Part shown: positions 54,367-64,000 of the stretch, one piece after another
How positions within the stretch are numbered: the first letter of the stretch is position 1
How the letters are laid out: the number at the start of each line of letters is the position of its first letter
Source: Candidatus Levyibacteriota bacterium
GTDB lineage: Bacteria > Patescibacteriota > Microgenomatia > Levybacterales > UBA12049
Reading direction: 5' to 3'
Assembly: GCA_963716145.1 (NCBI GenBank)
Contig: OY970292.1
Coordinates: 597,171-661,170, forward strand
DNA: 64,000 nt
Program-made: the position numbers and the translations under genes
Notes under the pieces: model-generated
What the model was told of the DNA's origin: nothing
The model's database searches: none
What the model saw: the letters and a program-made list of their open reading frames with translations, nothing else

Positions 54367-57228
54367 TTACATGTCAATAACAAAATTTAGAACTTTTCCC
54401 TCAATATAAATTGCTTGTTTAATATTTTTTCCTTCTAGGAATATAGCCACCTTCTGATCTTTTCTGGCCATTTCTTCTATTTTGGCTTTATCTTTACTTT
54501 CTGAAGACGGAACCTCAAGCATTCCTCTTAATTTTCCATTGACCTGAACCGGAATCTTGACTGTATCCGCAACCAGATACTTTTTATCATGCTTTGGCCA
54601 GGGACTTGTATGGATAGACTCAAATCTTTGATCTTTGATCTTTGATCTTTGATCTTTGAAGATTTGTTGAAACAAATCTTCTGCCATGTGCGGTGCGAAA
54701 GGCGCGAGAAGCTTGAGGTAAACTTCCGCTTCCTCCTGACTAACAGAATTCTGCTTACTCAGAAAGTTGTAATAAGTCATAAGATGGGCAATCGCGGTAT
54801 TAAACCGCAGGTTTTCCATCTCCTCAGTCACCAATTTTATGGTCTGATGCATCATCCGCAAACCATTATTGGAAATTGGAAATTGGAAATTGGAAATTGG
54901 AGCTTCCGAAAAAAGCTTCCAGATCTTTTTGAGGAAGCGATGCATACCCTGAACGCCTTCATCGCGAAAATCCCCTTCTTGGCTAAATCGTGCCATAAAA
55001 TGGAGATACATCCTGAGAGAATCTGCACCGAACTTCTTGATATAAAGATCAGGACCTACCACATTACCTTTGCTTTTACTCATCTTTGCTCCGTCCTTAA
55101 TTATTAAACCGTGGGCAAAAAATCGGGCAAATGGTTCTTCAAAGCCTATCTTACCCAAATCTTTTAGGAACATGGTGATAAACCGCGCATACAAGAGATG
55201 AAGAACCGAATGCTCGGCCCCTCCTATATACATATGTACCGGCAACCAAGCCAGCCGCTGGCTGGAATTGCCAATTCCTGCCTTGCCGGCAGGCAGGTCT
55301 AATTTCAAATTTCCAATTTGTTTTGAATTTTTGTCATTTGTATTTTGTATTTGTTTCGGATTTAGTGCTTCGGATTTCGGATTCAGCATTGGAAACGGTA
55401 TATCATCTTGATCCGTTGCCAAATATCTCAAGAAGTACCAAGCAGAATCAAGAAATGTATCTGATACATCAGTCTCTCTTCTGGCTGGATGACCACAGTG
55501 AGGACATTTGACCTCAAAAAACTCAGGATGATTGGCAAGGGGAGAATTGACTGCCTCACCTTTGGAATTCTGCTTTGCAGAACCAAGTGGTTTGAAATCT
55601 TCAATATACGGAAGCTTAACGGGAAGATTCTCCTCTGGAAACCAGCCACTCATTTCGGAAAACTCGGAAGACTCAGATGATCGGTTTGTCTGATTTTCAG
55701 ACTTATCAGATTGTCTGACTTTCTGGCCTGCTGAGTTTTCTGAGTGTTCTGAAGTAAACCAGGATAAACCTTTAGTTGCGCACTTCTCACAATAAATCAT
55801 CGGGATCGGCGGTCCCCAGTATCTTTGCCTCGAAATCAGCCAATCACGAAGATGATAAGTGGTTGTTTTGTCCCCAAATTCTTTCTCCTTGATAAACTCA
55901 AGCATTTTTGCCTTGGCCGCAGCATTTGTTAATCCATTAAATTCGCCAGAATCAAATAATTCGCTCTTGTCGGCAAATTTTGTTTTAATTTCCGGGTAAT
56001 CCCAGAAGCCGTCTTTCTCGACTTTTGCTCCCTGAACACCTTCTTTTGGCTTAACAACCGGTTTTATCGGCAAACCAAACTTCTTAGCAAATTCATGATC
56101 ACGAGCATCATGGCCTGGAACACCCATAACAGCACCTGTTCCATAACCCATCAAAACATAATCCGCTACCCATAGAGGAACTTTTTCACCATTAAAAGGA
56201 TTAATCATATAGGCTCCGCTGAATACTCCTGTCTTTTCTTTACCTTCACCGGCTCTTTCTATATCTGACTTATTTTTAGCTTGACTTATATAGTCATTGA
56301 CAGACTTGATGACCTTTTCATCCTGAACTTGTTTCAGGATCTGCTGTACCAATGGGTTTTCCGGAGAAATAACCATAAATGTTACACCGTAAATCGTATC
56401 AATTGCCGTAGTAAAAACTTCAACTTTGAACTTTGAACTTTGAACTTTGAACTCGATCCGAGCCCCTTCGGATCGTCCTATCCAGTTTCTTTGGGCAATT
56501 TTGACCTTTTCAGTCCAGTTTAGACTATCTATATTACCTAATAAACGATCCGCGTATTTGGTGATCCGGAAAAACCACTGCTCTAAATTCTTCTTTTCAA
56601 CAACAGAACTACATCTTTCACACTTCCCGTCAATTACCTGTTCATCTGCCAGAACCGTTTTGCAGGAAGGGCAGAAATTTACCGGAGATTTTTTTCTGTA
56701 TGCCAGGCCTTCTTTAAAGAGTTGAACAAAAAGCCACTGAGTCCATTTATAATAGTCGGGTTTGTAAGTCTCTACCGTTCTTCCCCAATCAACCCCTATG
56801 CCGGCTTCTTTGATCTGTCGGTAAAAATTTTTCTCAGTAACCTGAGCAAGTGTCATTGGGTTCTTACCAATTTTAAGGGCATAGTTTTCGGCATGAATTC
56901 CAAAGCCATCCAGACCAAATGGTTGGAAGACGTTGTTCCCCTGCATTCTCTTAAACCGTCCATAGATATCAACTCCGGCGAATGTTCTCACTCCTCCGAT
57001 ATGCAATCCTTCGGCTGATGGGTAGGGAAACATCATTAGATTGTAAAAAGGCCTGAGTGGTGAGCCAGTCGAACCATCTTGTCCTGAGCTTGTCGAAGGA
57101 TTAGCAGACTCGAGGTCCGGGTGATAAATTTCTTCTTTTTGCCAAATAGATTGCCATTTCAGCTCAATCGTTGCAGGATCGTACTTGTTTATGGCTAAAT
57201 TTTGCTGTTTTTTGTCTGTTTTTTTCAT
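54367..57228 (-). CDS. leuS: Leucine--tRNA ligase with multiple repeat-derived insertions
   Basis: MFPYPS..LHIG, DWLISRQRYWG, KMSKSKGN, VQVNGKLR. Confidence 0.97.
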   Translation of the reverse strand: MKKTDKKQQNLAINKYDPATIELKWQSIWQKEEIYHPDLESANPSTSSGQDGSTGSPLRPFYNLMMFPYPSAEGLHIGGVRTFAGVDIYGRFKRMQGNNVFQPFGLDGFGIHAENYALKIGKNPMTLAQVTEKNFYRQIKEAGIGVDWGRTVETYKPDYYKWTQWLFVQLFKEGLAYRKKSPVNFCPSCKTVLADEQVIDGKCERCSSVVEKKNLEQWFFRITKYADRLLGNIDSLNWTEKVKIAQRNWIGRSEGARIEFKVQSSKFKVEVFTTAIDTIYGVTFMVISPENPLVQQILKQVQDEKVIKSVNDYISQAKNKSDIERAGEGKEKTGVFSGAYMINPFNGEKVPLWVADYVLMGYGTGAVMGVPGHDARDHEFAKKFGLPIKPVVKPKEGVQGAKVEKDGFWDYPEIKTKFADKSELFDSGEFNGLTNAAAKAKMLEFIKEKEFGDKTTTYHLRDWLISRQRYWGPPIPMIYCEKCATKGLSWFTSEHSENSAGQKVRQSDKSENQTNRSSESSEFSEMSGWFPEENLPVKLPYIEDFKPLGSAKQNSKGEAVNSPLANHPEFFEVKCPHCGHPARRETDVSDTFLDSAWYFLRYLATDQDDIPFPMLNPKSEALNPKQIQNTNDKNSKQIGNLKLDLPAGKAGIGNSSQRLAWLPVHMYIGGAEHSVLHLLYARFITMFLKDLGKIGFEEPFARFFAHGLIIKDGAKMSKSKGNVVGPDLYIKKFGADSLRMYLHFMARFSQEGDFRDEGVQGMHRFLKKIWKLFSEAPISNFQFPISNNGLRMMHQTIKLVTEEMENLRFNTAIAHLMTYYNFLSKQNSVSQEEAEVYLKLLAPFAPHMAEDLFQQIFKDQRSKIKDQRFESIHTSPWPKHDKKYLVADTVKIPVQVNGKLRGMLEVPSSESKDKAKIEEMARKDQKVAIFLEGKNIKQAIYIEGKVLNFVIDM

Positions 57229-57619
57229 TTTTTGCTTATTTAATCATTTTTTGCCGAAATTCTTTGTATTATCTAAAGTATACCACACAAAAAAAATATA
57301 AAAAAGTAGCTTAAATTTCCCGAATTAAGCAAGTTTTGCTAGCCCTGTAGTTAAATTAGCGAATTAGCTTCATATCTTATGTTGTATCATTTGATCTCTT
57401 TAGAGTAGGTTATTTTGAACCTAAAAAAAATAATTGGTAAATTAATAAGTAATTATTTGATAAATAACGGTAAAATATAGTCCTGTAGGTTTTTTAGCTC
57501 TCTTTAACTATTTGCTAATTGTTATTTGCAAATTGTCGTAGACGGTTTGTCTTTTCGGACTAAATAAACTAACATTAAAATGCCGATTGCCAATTTTAAT
57601 TTGAAATTTAAAATTCGAA

Positions 57620-58375
57620 ATGAAGCATAAATTTAAAATGTTTAAAAATTTAGTAATTGAAAATTCACTGAAAATTGAAAATTGTAAATTGAAAATTCTT
57701 ATTATTTGCTTATTTGCTTATTTGCTTATTTGCTTATTCTCACCAAAAGCCTTTGCGTCGACTTCCTCAAACAACAATTACAATATCGATTTGCAAGACA
57801 TAGATATTAATCCGGAAAGGTCTGGAGTGGCCCCCCAACCCTACCAGATGGTTGCTACTGAGCCGCTAGATAAGACACCCGACATTACCTTCGGTAACTC
57901 GGCAATAACTTTTTCAACAGACAATAATCTTATTGATTTTGGGATACTGTCTCCGGCTAATCCTGTTGCCAGAACCGTCAATTTATCTATAATAAATGCT
58001 CAAACGCAGTATCAGCTTTTGGCATTTGAGGATCACCCGCTGTCAACAGGAAGCACCATAATTCCCGATACGACTTGCGAGGATGGGCAGTGCTCGGAGA
58101 TAAAAGAAAGCCAATGGATCAACAATTTAACTTACGGATTCGGATTCCGCTGTGACGATATCACAGACTCAGCGTGTATTGGATTTTCAACTGATAATAA
58201 CTACAAGCAATTTGCAGACAGTGCCAAGCAGGAAAAACAGCAGGCAATAATCACAAGCTTGCTAAATTATGGAGATAATAAGGCTAAGCTTACCTTTAAA
58301 TTAAATGCTGCAGGAACCCAAAAACCCGGGGTTTACACTAATACAATCACCTTTATAGCCGTACCGAATTATTAA
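57620..58375 (+). CDS. Secreted WxL-like surface protein
   Basis: Signal peptide (..KAFA-S), YGFGF, terminal GVYTNTITFIAVPNY. Confidence 0.7.
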   Translation: MKHKFKMFKNLVIENSLKIENCKLKILIICLFAYLLICLFSPKAFASTSSNNNYNIDLQDIDINPERSGVAPQPYQMVATEPLDKTPDITFGNSAITFSTDNNLIDFGILSPANPVARTVNLSIINAQTQYQLLAFEDHPLSTGSTIIPDTTCEDGQCSEIKESQWINNLTYGFGFRCDDITDSACIGFSTDNNYKQFADSAKQEKQQAIITSLLNYGDNKAKLTFKLNAAGTQKPGVYTNTITFIAVPNY

Positions 58376-58408
58376 TGTGTATATAGTATTTATTGTCGTT
58401 GATATAGT

Positions 58409-59419
58409 ATGAAAAGCGCAAACTTCAAGCTTCAAATTTGGGTTATTTGTTTATTGGGTTATTTGTTTATTGGGTTATTCTCGCAAGCTAAGGCTCAAGC
58501 GGTTAGCTTGCGGGTTTACCCTTCTCTAATAAAAATCAATGCCGAGTCTCCAAGCGATCTTAACACAAATATAAATATAGAAAACTTGTCAGACAAAGCG
58601 GTCGAGATTGAGACCCAAATTAAATTATTTAAAACACAAGAAAAAGAAAACGGTCAGGTTGAATATTTAAAAAGTAGTGAAAATCCAAATGAAATTTTAA
58701 ATAGAATACAAATTCTTAGTAAGGATAATGTGATTACAGGACTGAGTCTTGGCCCAAAACAAAAGACGTCTTTAAAACTCAAAATTTCACTAAATGAAAA
58801 TGATCTTGGTAATGACTATTACTTCTCAGTCATATTTATAACCAAATCAAAAGCTTCTCAAGTACAAAATGGTTCCGCCGCATCAATTCAAAGTAGTTTC
58901 TCCAAAATCAATATGGGCGTTGCGGCAAACGTGTTATTGTCAGCAGGGTCTGCCCATTCGACAAGCTCAGGACAGACTTCAGCCGCAATTGAAGAGTTTT
59001 CCTCTCCCCAATATGTTGAAAAAGGACCGCTGCCTTTTACTATCAAGATTCACAATAACGGATCAACCTATATTAGCCCCAAAGGGAGGATAGAAATTAC
59101 CAACATGTTCGGGCAAAGGATTGGCAAGGTTGATCTGCCCGCTCAAAATATTCTGGCTAATAGCAGCAGGTATCTTGCTACGCAAGATCAACTTATAACT
59201 TATAACTCATCACTTATAACTCCGAAGGCTGTTTGGCCTGAAAAATTTTTACTTGGATTTTATAAATCTACCTTAGTAGTTGAATTATCTGATAAAGGAC
59301 CAACGCTTGACAAAACAATTCAATTCTTTGCCTTTCCATCTAAATTCATATTGGTACTAATTATTGCTATAGTAATATTTTTGCTAATCAGAAGAAGAGT
59401 AAAGCAAAAAATGCTATAA
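58409..59419 (+). CDS. DUF916-like (WxL-interacting) exported protein with C-terminal TM
   Basis: Signal peptide; N.G..I.PKG.I.I.NMFG, NILANSSR; C-terminal TM plus basic tail. Confidence 0.7.
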   Translation: MKSANFKLQIWVICLLGYLFIGLFSQAKAQAVSLRVYPSLIKINAESPSDLNTNINIENLSDKAVEIETQIKLFKTQEKENGQVEYLKSSENPNEILNRIQILSKDNVITGLSLGPKQKTSLKLKISLNENDLGNDYYFSVIFITKSKASQVQNGSAASIQSSFSKINMGVAANVLLSAGSAHSTSSGQTSAAIEEFSSPQYVEKGPLPFTIKIHNNGSTYISPKGRIEITNMFGQRIGKVDLPAQNILANSSRYLATQDQLITYNSSLITPKAVWPEKFLLGFYKSTLVVELSDKGPTLDKTIQFFAFPSKFILVLIIAIVIFLLIRRRVKQKML

Positions 59420-59604
59420 GGTTAATTTGCTATCTGACAAGCCTTACTCTTCAACCATTGTATTTTCTTCTTACAGTTAGAATTTTCATAAGTAAATTTT
59501 GCATTTTTTCCAGGCGTGAATAAATTATTGTTAAGTTTAGTTTTGAGTATTCCCCCGTGAAAATAAATGAAAACCAAATGTGTACATACTTTTGATTTTG
59601 TGCA

Positions 59605-59665
59605 TTGACAAGTTTATTAATATATGTCGTAATGGAGCTAGACAAACTATGACAGGTTATGTCAT
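59605..59665 (+). promoter_or_regulatory. Putative promoter and operator upstream of the HTH-fibre gene
   Basis: TTGACA at 59605; perfect dyad atgaca-ggtta-tgtcat at 59649-59665. Confidence 0.45.
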
Positions 59666-59690
59666 TTAGGCTCTGAGACCTATTCTGCCC

Positions 59691-60269
59691 ATGACAAACA
59701 ATTTATTAACGATTCAAAAAGCCGCGGAATTATTGGGTATTTCTACCAGAACTCTAAAGCGCTATGAGGAGAGAGGTCTCATAACACCCCAGCGCACTCC
59801 CGGAGACCAGCGTAGATATACACTAGAGGACATTGAAATATTGTCCAAGCGCACAAATGGAAATATAGCTCCTTCTTCAGTAATCGCTCCAGTGGCACAA
59901 TCAGTAGAATCACCACATTTAGCTTCCCAAACCAGGTCAGCAAAGCGTGTCTTCTGGTATCTGCTCATTCTCTTGCTGCTGATAGGAGGAAGCTATTGGA
60001 TTTTAAAAACTAACACAGATGCTCTGCGTGAGCAGCAGGCACAAAACCAGTTGGAGCAGCAGGCACTTGAGGATAAGGTGGATAAGTTAAGAGGTAATTC
60101 CTATACTTCCAACCTAACAGCCAAAGATCTCAGAGTAGCCCAGAATATAAGTACGCAGGATCTGCTTGTTGAGAACAACCTGACTGTTGGGGGAAGCTCC
60201 AACTTACAATATCTGAATGTGTCTGGAGGCACTACCCTGGCAAATCTGACTGTTACAAATGGCCCCTAA
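59691..60269 (+). CDS. Giant fibre B, N-terminal segment: MerR/Xis-type HTH, TM and coiled coil
   Basis: LTIQKAAELLGISTRTLKRYEERGLITPQRTPGDQRRY; TM VFWYLLILLLLIGGSYWIL; shifts frame near 60265. Confidence 0.85.
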   Translation: MTNNLLTIQKAAELLGISTRTLKRYEERGLITPQRTPGDQRRYTLEDIEILSKRTNGNIAPSSVIAPVAQSVESPHLASQTRSAKRVFWYLLILLLLIGGSYWILKTNTDALREQQAQNQLEQQALEDKVDKLRGNSYTSNLTAKDLRVAQNISTQDLLVENNLTVGGSSNLQYLNVSGGTTLANLTVTNGP

Positions 60270-60358
60270 ACCTTCCCAACGGCTCAATTGATAACTCGGA
60301 ATTAGTCAATTCAACCCTAACCTACAATGCGGGAAGCGGTTTAACAGGTGGAGGAATC

Positions 60359-61645
60359 TTGGCACTTGGCGGAACAGCGACTTTTGACATTGGAGCGGGA
60401 AATGGCATACAGGTTGAGGATGACAAAATAAGCGTTATATACGGCGAAAGCGCCAATACTTCGGTTGTGGGTAATCAAACCATTGAGATTGCAGCCGGAA
60501 GCAATCTAGCTGGTGGCGGAGTACTCACTCTTGGTGCGGGAGGAACACTGACTCTTGAGACTATATCAAACCCTATATTTTCCACATCAGTTACCTCTCC
60601 CCTTCTATATCTGACTAACTCGGGCTTTACTACAGTTCTTCAAACTACGACTTTGACTGCTGATCAAACCATTACACTTCCTGATGATACCGGAGAGGTC
60701 TGTATCTCAACCGGTAATTGCGCGGGACTTGGCGGTACTATAGCAGGTGCAGGTACGCCAAATCGAGTTGCAAAATTCAATACTTCGAGTACTATAAGCG
60801 ATTCCAGCATCAATGATCTATATTCTGCAGTTGCTATGACAATTGATGCATCCGGGAACGTGGGAATCGGCAATACAGCTCCTTCTTATCAACTTGAGGT
60901 AGGAAGCGGAGCTTTCGGAGCTGGCAGGCTTAACCTGAATGGGTCTCAGCCATTCCTGAGAATCCAGGATACCGACGCCGGCTTTGCCACAAACTGGCTT
61001 TTTCAGGCTTTCAATAACCGCCTGCGGCTTCTCAATAATGACGGTGCTACAGAGCCTCTCTCAATATTGACCAATGGCAACGTGGGCATCGGAACGACAG
61101 CACCCTTGAGTAATTTTCATGTATCAAGCGCTACTGGCACAACAGGAAATATCCTTCTGGATACTTATGGAGGAAACGGACAGGTAAGCATTAGGAGGGC
61201 TAACGGCACACCATCAAGTCCTACCGCAGTTCTAAGCGGTGAAGGCATTGGGGCTTTCGGGGCACGAGGTTATGGTGCTACAGGATTTAGCGGTGGCAAT
61301 AGAGCGCGTATTCTTTTCTCAGCTGCTGAGAACTGGACTGACACAGCTCAGGGAACATTCTTGGATCTACAGACCACACCTACCGGGAGCACTACTATTA
61401 CCAGCCGATTGCGGATTACTGCAGATGGCAACGTGGGTATTGGCACTAATACCCCATCCTCCTTCAAACTCGAAATAGCAGGCAACATCGGGCCTGAGGC
61501 GGATAATACTCGCAACCTGGGATCGGCTATCAGACGCTGGGCGAATATTTATGCGACCAACATAACTGGCGCAGTTACTCCCACAGGATTTACTCCAGGA
61601 AGTGTCGTCTTCGCGGGTACGGGTGGTCCACTTAACACAAAATAA
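60359..61645 (+). CDS. Giant fibre B, segment 2
   Basis: TITLPDDTG, GNVGIG repeats, GPEADNTR module. Confidence 0.8.
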   Translation: MALGGTATFDIGAGNGIQVEDDKISVIYGESANTSVVGNQTIEIAAGSNLAGGGVLTLGAGGTLTLETISNPIFSTSVTSPLLYLTNSGFTTVLQTTTLTADQTITLPDDTGEVCISTGNCAGLGGTIAGAGTPNRVAKFNTSSTISDSSINDLYSAVAMTIDASGNVGIGNTAPSYQLEVGSGAFGAGRLNLNGSQPFLRIQDTDAGFATNWLFQAFNNRLRLLNNDGATEPLSILTNGNVGIGTTAPLSNFHVSSATGTTGNILLDTYGGNGQVSIRRANGTPSSPTAVLSGEGIGAFGARGYGATGFSGGNRARILFSAAENWTDTAQGTFLDLQTTPTGSTTITSRLRITADGNVGIGTNTPSSFKLEIAGNIGPEADNTRNLGSAIRRWANIYATNITGAVTPTGFTPGSVVFAGTGGPLNTK

Positions 61646-62999
61646 CGCGAATTTCTTCTGGGATGATTCAAATGCCAGATTGGGGATAGGGACAACTGCG
61701 CCTAGTACGCAGTTAAATATTGTAGCTAATGGATCATCTGCTCAAGCTCATATTGATACTTATGGAAATAGTAATGCTACTGTACTTTCTTTAAGGCGTG
61801 CCAAAGGGTCTTTCACTACGCCTACTGCTGTTATTTCCGCAGATTTGCTTGGAAGATTAAGTTTCCGCGGTTATGATGGCAGCGCATTCTCCAATAACAG
61901 AGTAAGCATAGATGGTTCAGCTGCCGAAGCATGGACAACGGGCGCCAATGGTACTTACTTGAGCTTTCTTACTACCTCACTGGGAACAACCACAACTTCT
62001 GAAAGAATGCGCATCGATGCCACCGGCAATGTGGGGATCGGGACGACAGCGCCTGGATACAGCCTGGAAGTATTACGGGATGGGAGCACTGCGAATTTAG
62101 GTTTGACCAATTATGGTTCGGTGACTCCCGCCATAAACGGGCGCCGCGCAAGAGGAAGTGTCGCTTCTCCTTTGGCTCTGGCAGTAGATAATGGCATACT
62201 CAGCCTGAATGGTGGCGGATATGATGGAACAAGCTTCACTGATATTGGTGCTCGCATTTTATTTTCTGCTGCAGAAGCATGGACCGTAAGTACCCATGGA
62301 ACATATATGCGGTTTGATACAACACCAATTGGGAGCACAACCGTAGCTGAGCGTATGCGGATAGACGCAGCCGGCAACGTGGGAATCGGCACCGTGACCC
62401 CAACGTCCTTCAAACTTGAAGTTGCTGGCAATGTAGGACCTGAGGCGGATAATACCCGGGACTTGGGAAGCGCATCGCGACGATGGGCCAACATATATGC
62501 TACCAATTTTGTCGGAGCCATTACCCCAACAGGATTTACCCCAGGTTCAGTAGTCTTTGCCGGCCCGGGAAGAAGCCTTTCTCAGGATAATCCCAACTTC
62601 TTCTGGGATGATACAAATAACAGGTTGGGTATAGGGACCACTGCGCCTGCGGGAATTTTGGATCTCACGGGTTCAGCGGGAGTGACCCAAAATCTGACCA
62701 GAAGCTCCGCAGATACTAGTGCGGCAAATATCCGATTCAGAAAAGACCGTGTCGCCGCCATTGTGCAAAACGGTGATGAATTGGGATACCTCGATTTTAG
62801 TGGATATGACGGCGGGACATATAGGAGAGGTGCTTATATTGCGTCATTTGTAGATGGTGTTCCCGGCGCATCTGATATGCCGGGGAACTTGGCTTTTGCC
62901 ACCACTCCAGATGGTGCTGTAGCTTCGATAGAGCGTATGAGAATAACCAATGCCGGCAACGTAGGGATCGGGCACCACCGCGCCTGCGGCACTTCTTGA
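61602..62999 (+). CDS. Giant fibre B, segment 3
   Basis: Same repeats; shifts frame near 62972. Confidence 0.8.
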   Translation: MSSSRVRVVHLTQNNANFFWDDSNARLGIGTTAPSTQLNIVANGSSAQAHIDTYGNSNATVLSLRRAKGSFTTPTAVISADLLGRLSFRGYDGSAFSNNRVSIDGSAAEAWTTGANGTYLSFLTTSLGTTTTSERMRIDATGNVGIGTTAPGYSLEVLRDGSTANLGLTNYGSVTPAINGRRARGSVASPLALAVDNGILSLNGGGYDGTSFTDIGARILFSAAEAWTVSTHGTYMRFDTTPIGSTTVAERMRIDAAGNVGIGTVTPTSFKLEVAGNVGPEADNTRDLGSASRRWANIYATNFVGAITPTGFTPGSVVFAGPGRSLSQDNPNFFWDDTNNRLGIGTTAPAGILDLTGSAGVTQNLTRSSADTSAANIRFRKDRVAAIVQNGDELGYLDFSGYDGGTYRRGAYIASFVDGVPGASDMPGNLAFATTPDGAVASIERMRITNAGNVGIGHHRACGTS

Positions 63000-64000
63000 A
63001 GTTGCTTCAAGTACAAATCCCAGCCTTACCGGTACAGCCTGGACACAGCTCCTCAATGATACGCGCAGCGCTACTATCGGGGTAGGTGGAAGTTTGCTCT
63101 TCAAGGGGTATAAAACAGCACAGACAAATTCGGCTGTATTTGCCGGTATATGGGGACAAAAAGAAAATTCTACATCAGGTAACGAAGCTGGAACACTCCT
63201 CTTTTACACCAATCCTAATACAGGCGTTTTGACTGAAAGAATGAGAATTGATTCAAACGGTAACGTGGGCATCGGTACCGCCACCCCATCCTCCTTCAAA
63301 CTCGAAATAGCAGGCAACATCGGGCCTGATGGAGATTTGACTCGTGATCTTGGATCAGCTTCAAAGAGATGGAACAATTTGTATGTTGGCACAGTTGTCG
63401 GAGGAGCAACATCATCTGGAAATATCAATCCGTCAGCTGATAACACATATGACCTGGGTACTACATCTCTCCGCTGGAGAAAAGTTGAGGTAGGACCTGG
63501 CTCACTTGAACTTACTTCCACAACCGGAACCAGTGGTGCAGGAGCAAATTACACTCTGGGTAAGCTTGAGTTTGCCACCAACAACCTCAAGCTTTCAACC
63601 AGTGCGGTCGGATCTGGTAACACCGGTACACTCCAGCTGACAACAGGCGCAAATGTAGGGCTGAACATTGATACATCAGGCAACGTGGGCATTGGGACGA
63701 CTTCTCCCAATCTTGGAGGAATTGCGGGCACGGCATTGACCATCTTGGGAAGCAGTACAAATCGTGGAACGTTAGAGTTAGGCAGCACCACTGCTACAAC
63801 AGGGCCTGTAGGTGATATTACCGGATTTAGTGGTTCTACGGCTACACAAAAAATTCAATTCGCAGGAGATGGAGTAAATACCGATGCCGGGTATATTAAG
63901 TTTTTCACCAAAGCAACAAGTACGGCCATAGCTGAAAGAATGAGAATAGACACAAATGGCAACGTGGGTATTGGGACTACAAATCCTACTTATCAACTTC
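62972..64000 (+). CDS. Giant fibre B, segment 4 (runs off the window)
   Basis: Read by hand: ..ALLEVASS..ERMRIDSNGNVGIG..ERMRIDTNGNVGIGTTNP to the last base. Confidence 0.75.

Noticed and set aside
59691-64000. Window ends being two halves of one gene on a small circular replicon
   Set aside because: No terminal overlap is visible and the content is chromosomal; treated as two paralogues

Overview
The window looks like a Patescibacteria (CPR, Microgenomates-like) chromosome segment. This is inferred from gene content: giant GNVGIGT-repeat fibre proteins, sortase, WxL-like proteins, a ComEC lacking its nuclease domain and many near-leaderless genes. Scattered 1-nt indels are probably assembly errors. 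Contents in order: the 3' part of a giant fibre gene; a four-helix-bundle gene; an F1-type ATPase operon (c-like, b, delta, alpha, gamma, beta, epsilon; no subunit a); sortase; tRNA-Arg; ndk; an M16 peptidase; three tandem dockerin-bearing surface paralogues; argS; a T-box-controlled LysW-type arginine cluster with carAB; an RND pump; a two-component system; comEC and comEA; leuS; and the 5' part of a second giant fibre gene with an N-terminal HTH. Top candidate for an undescribed system: the ATPase's c-like subunit has no ion-binding carboxylate and is fused to an exported domain clearly homologous to a C-terminal domain of the adjacent giant fibre, which suggests an ATP-driven rotary machine acting on surface fibres rather than an ATP synthase. 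Also notable: a LysW ending in Gln paired with an Ntn-hydrolase where LysK would be expected, filled and empty sites of a four-helix-bundle cassette, and many in-frame heptamer and palindrome insertions in housekeeping proteins.
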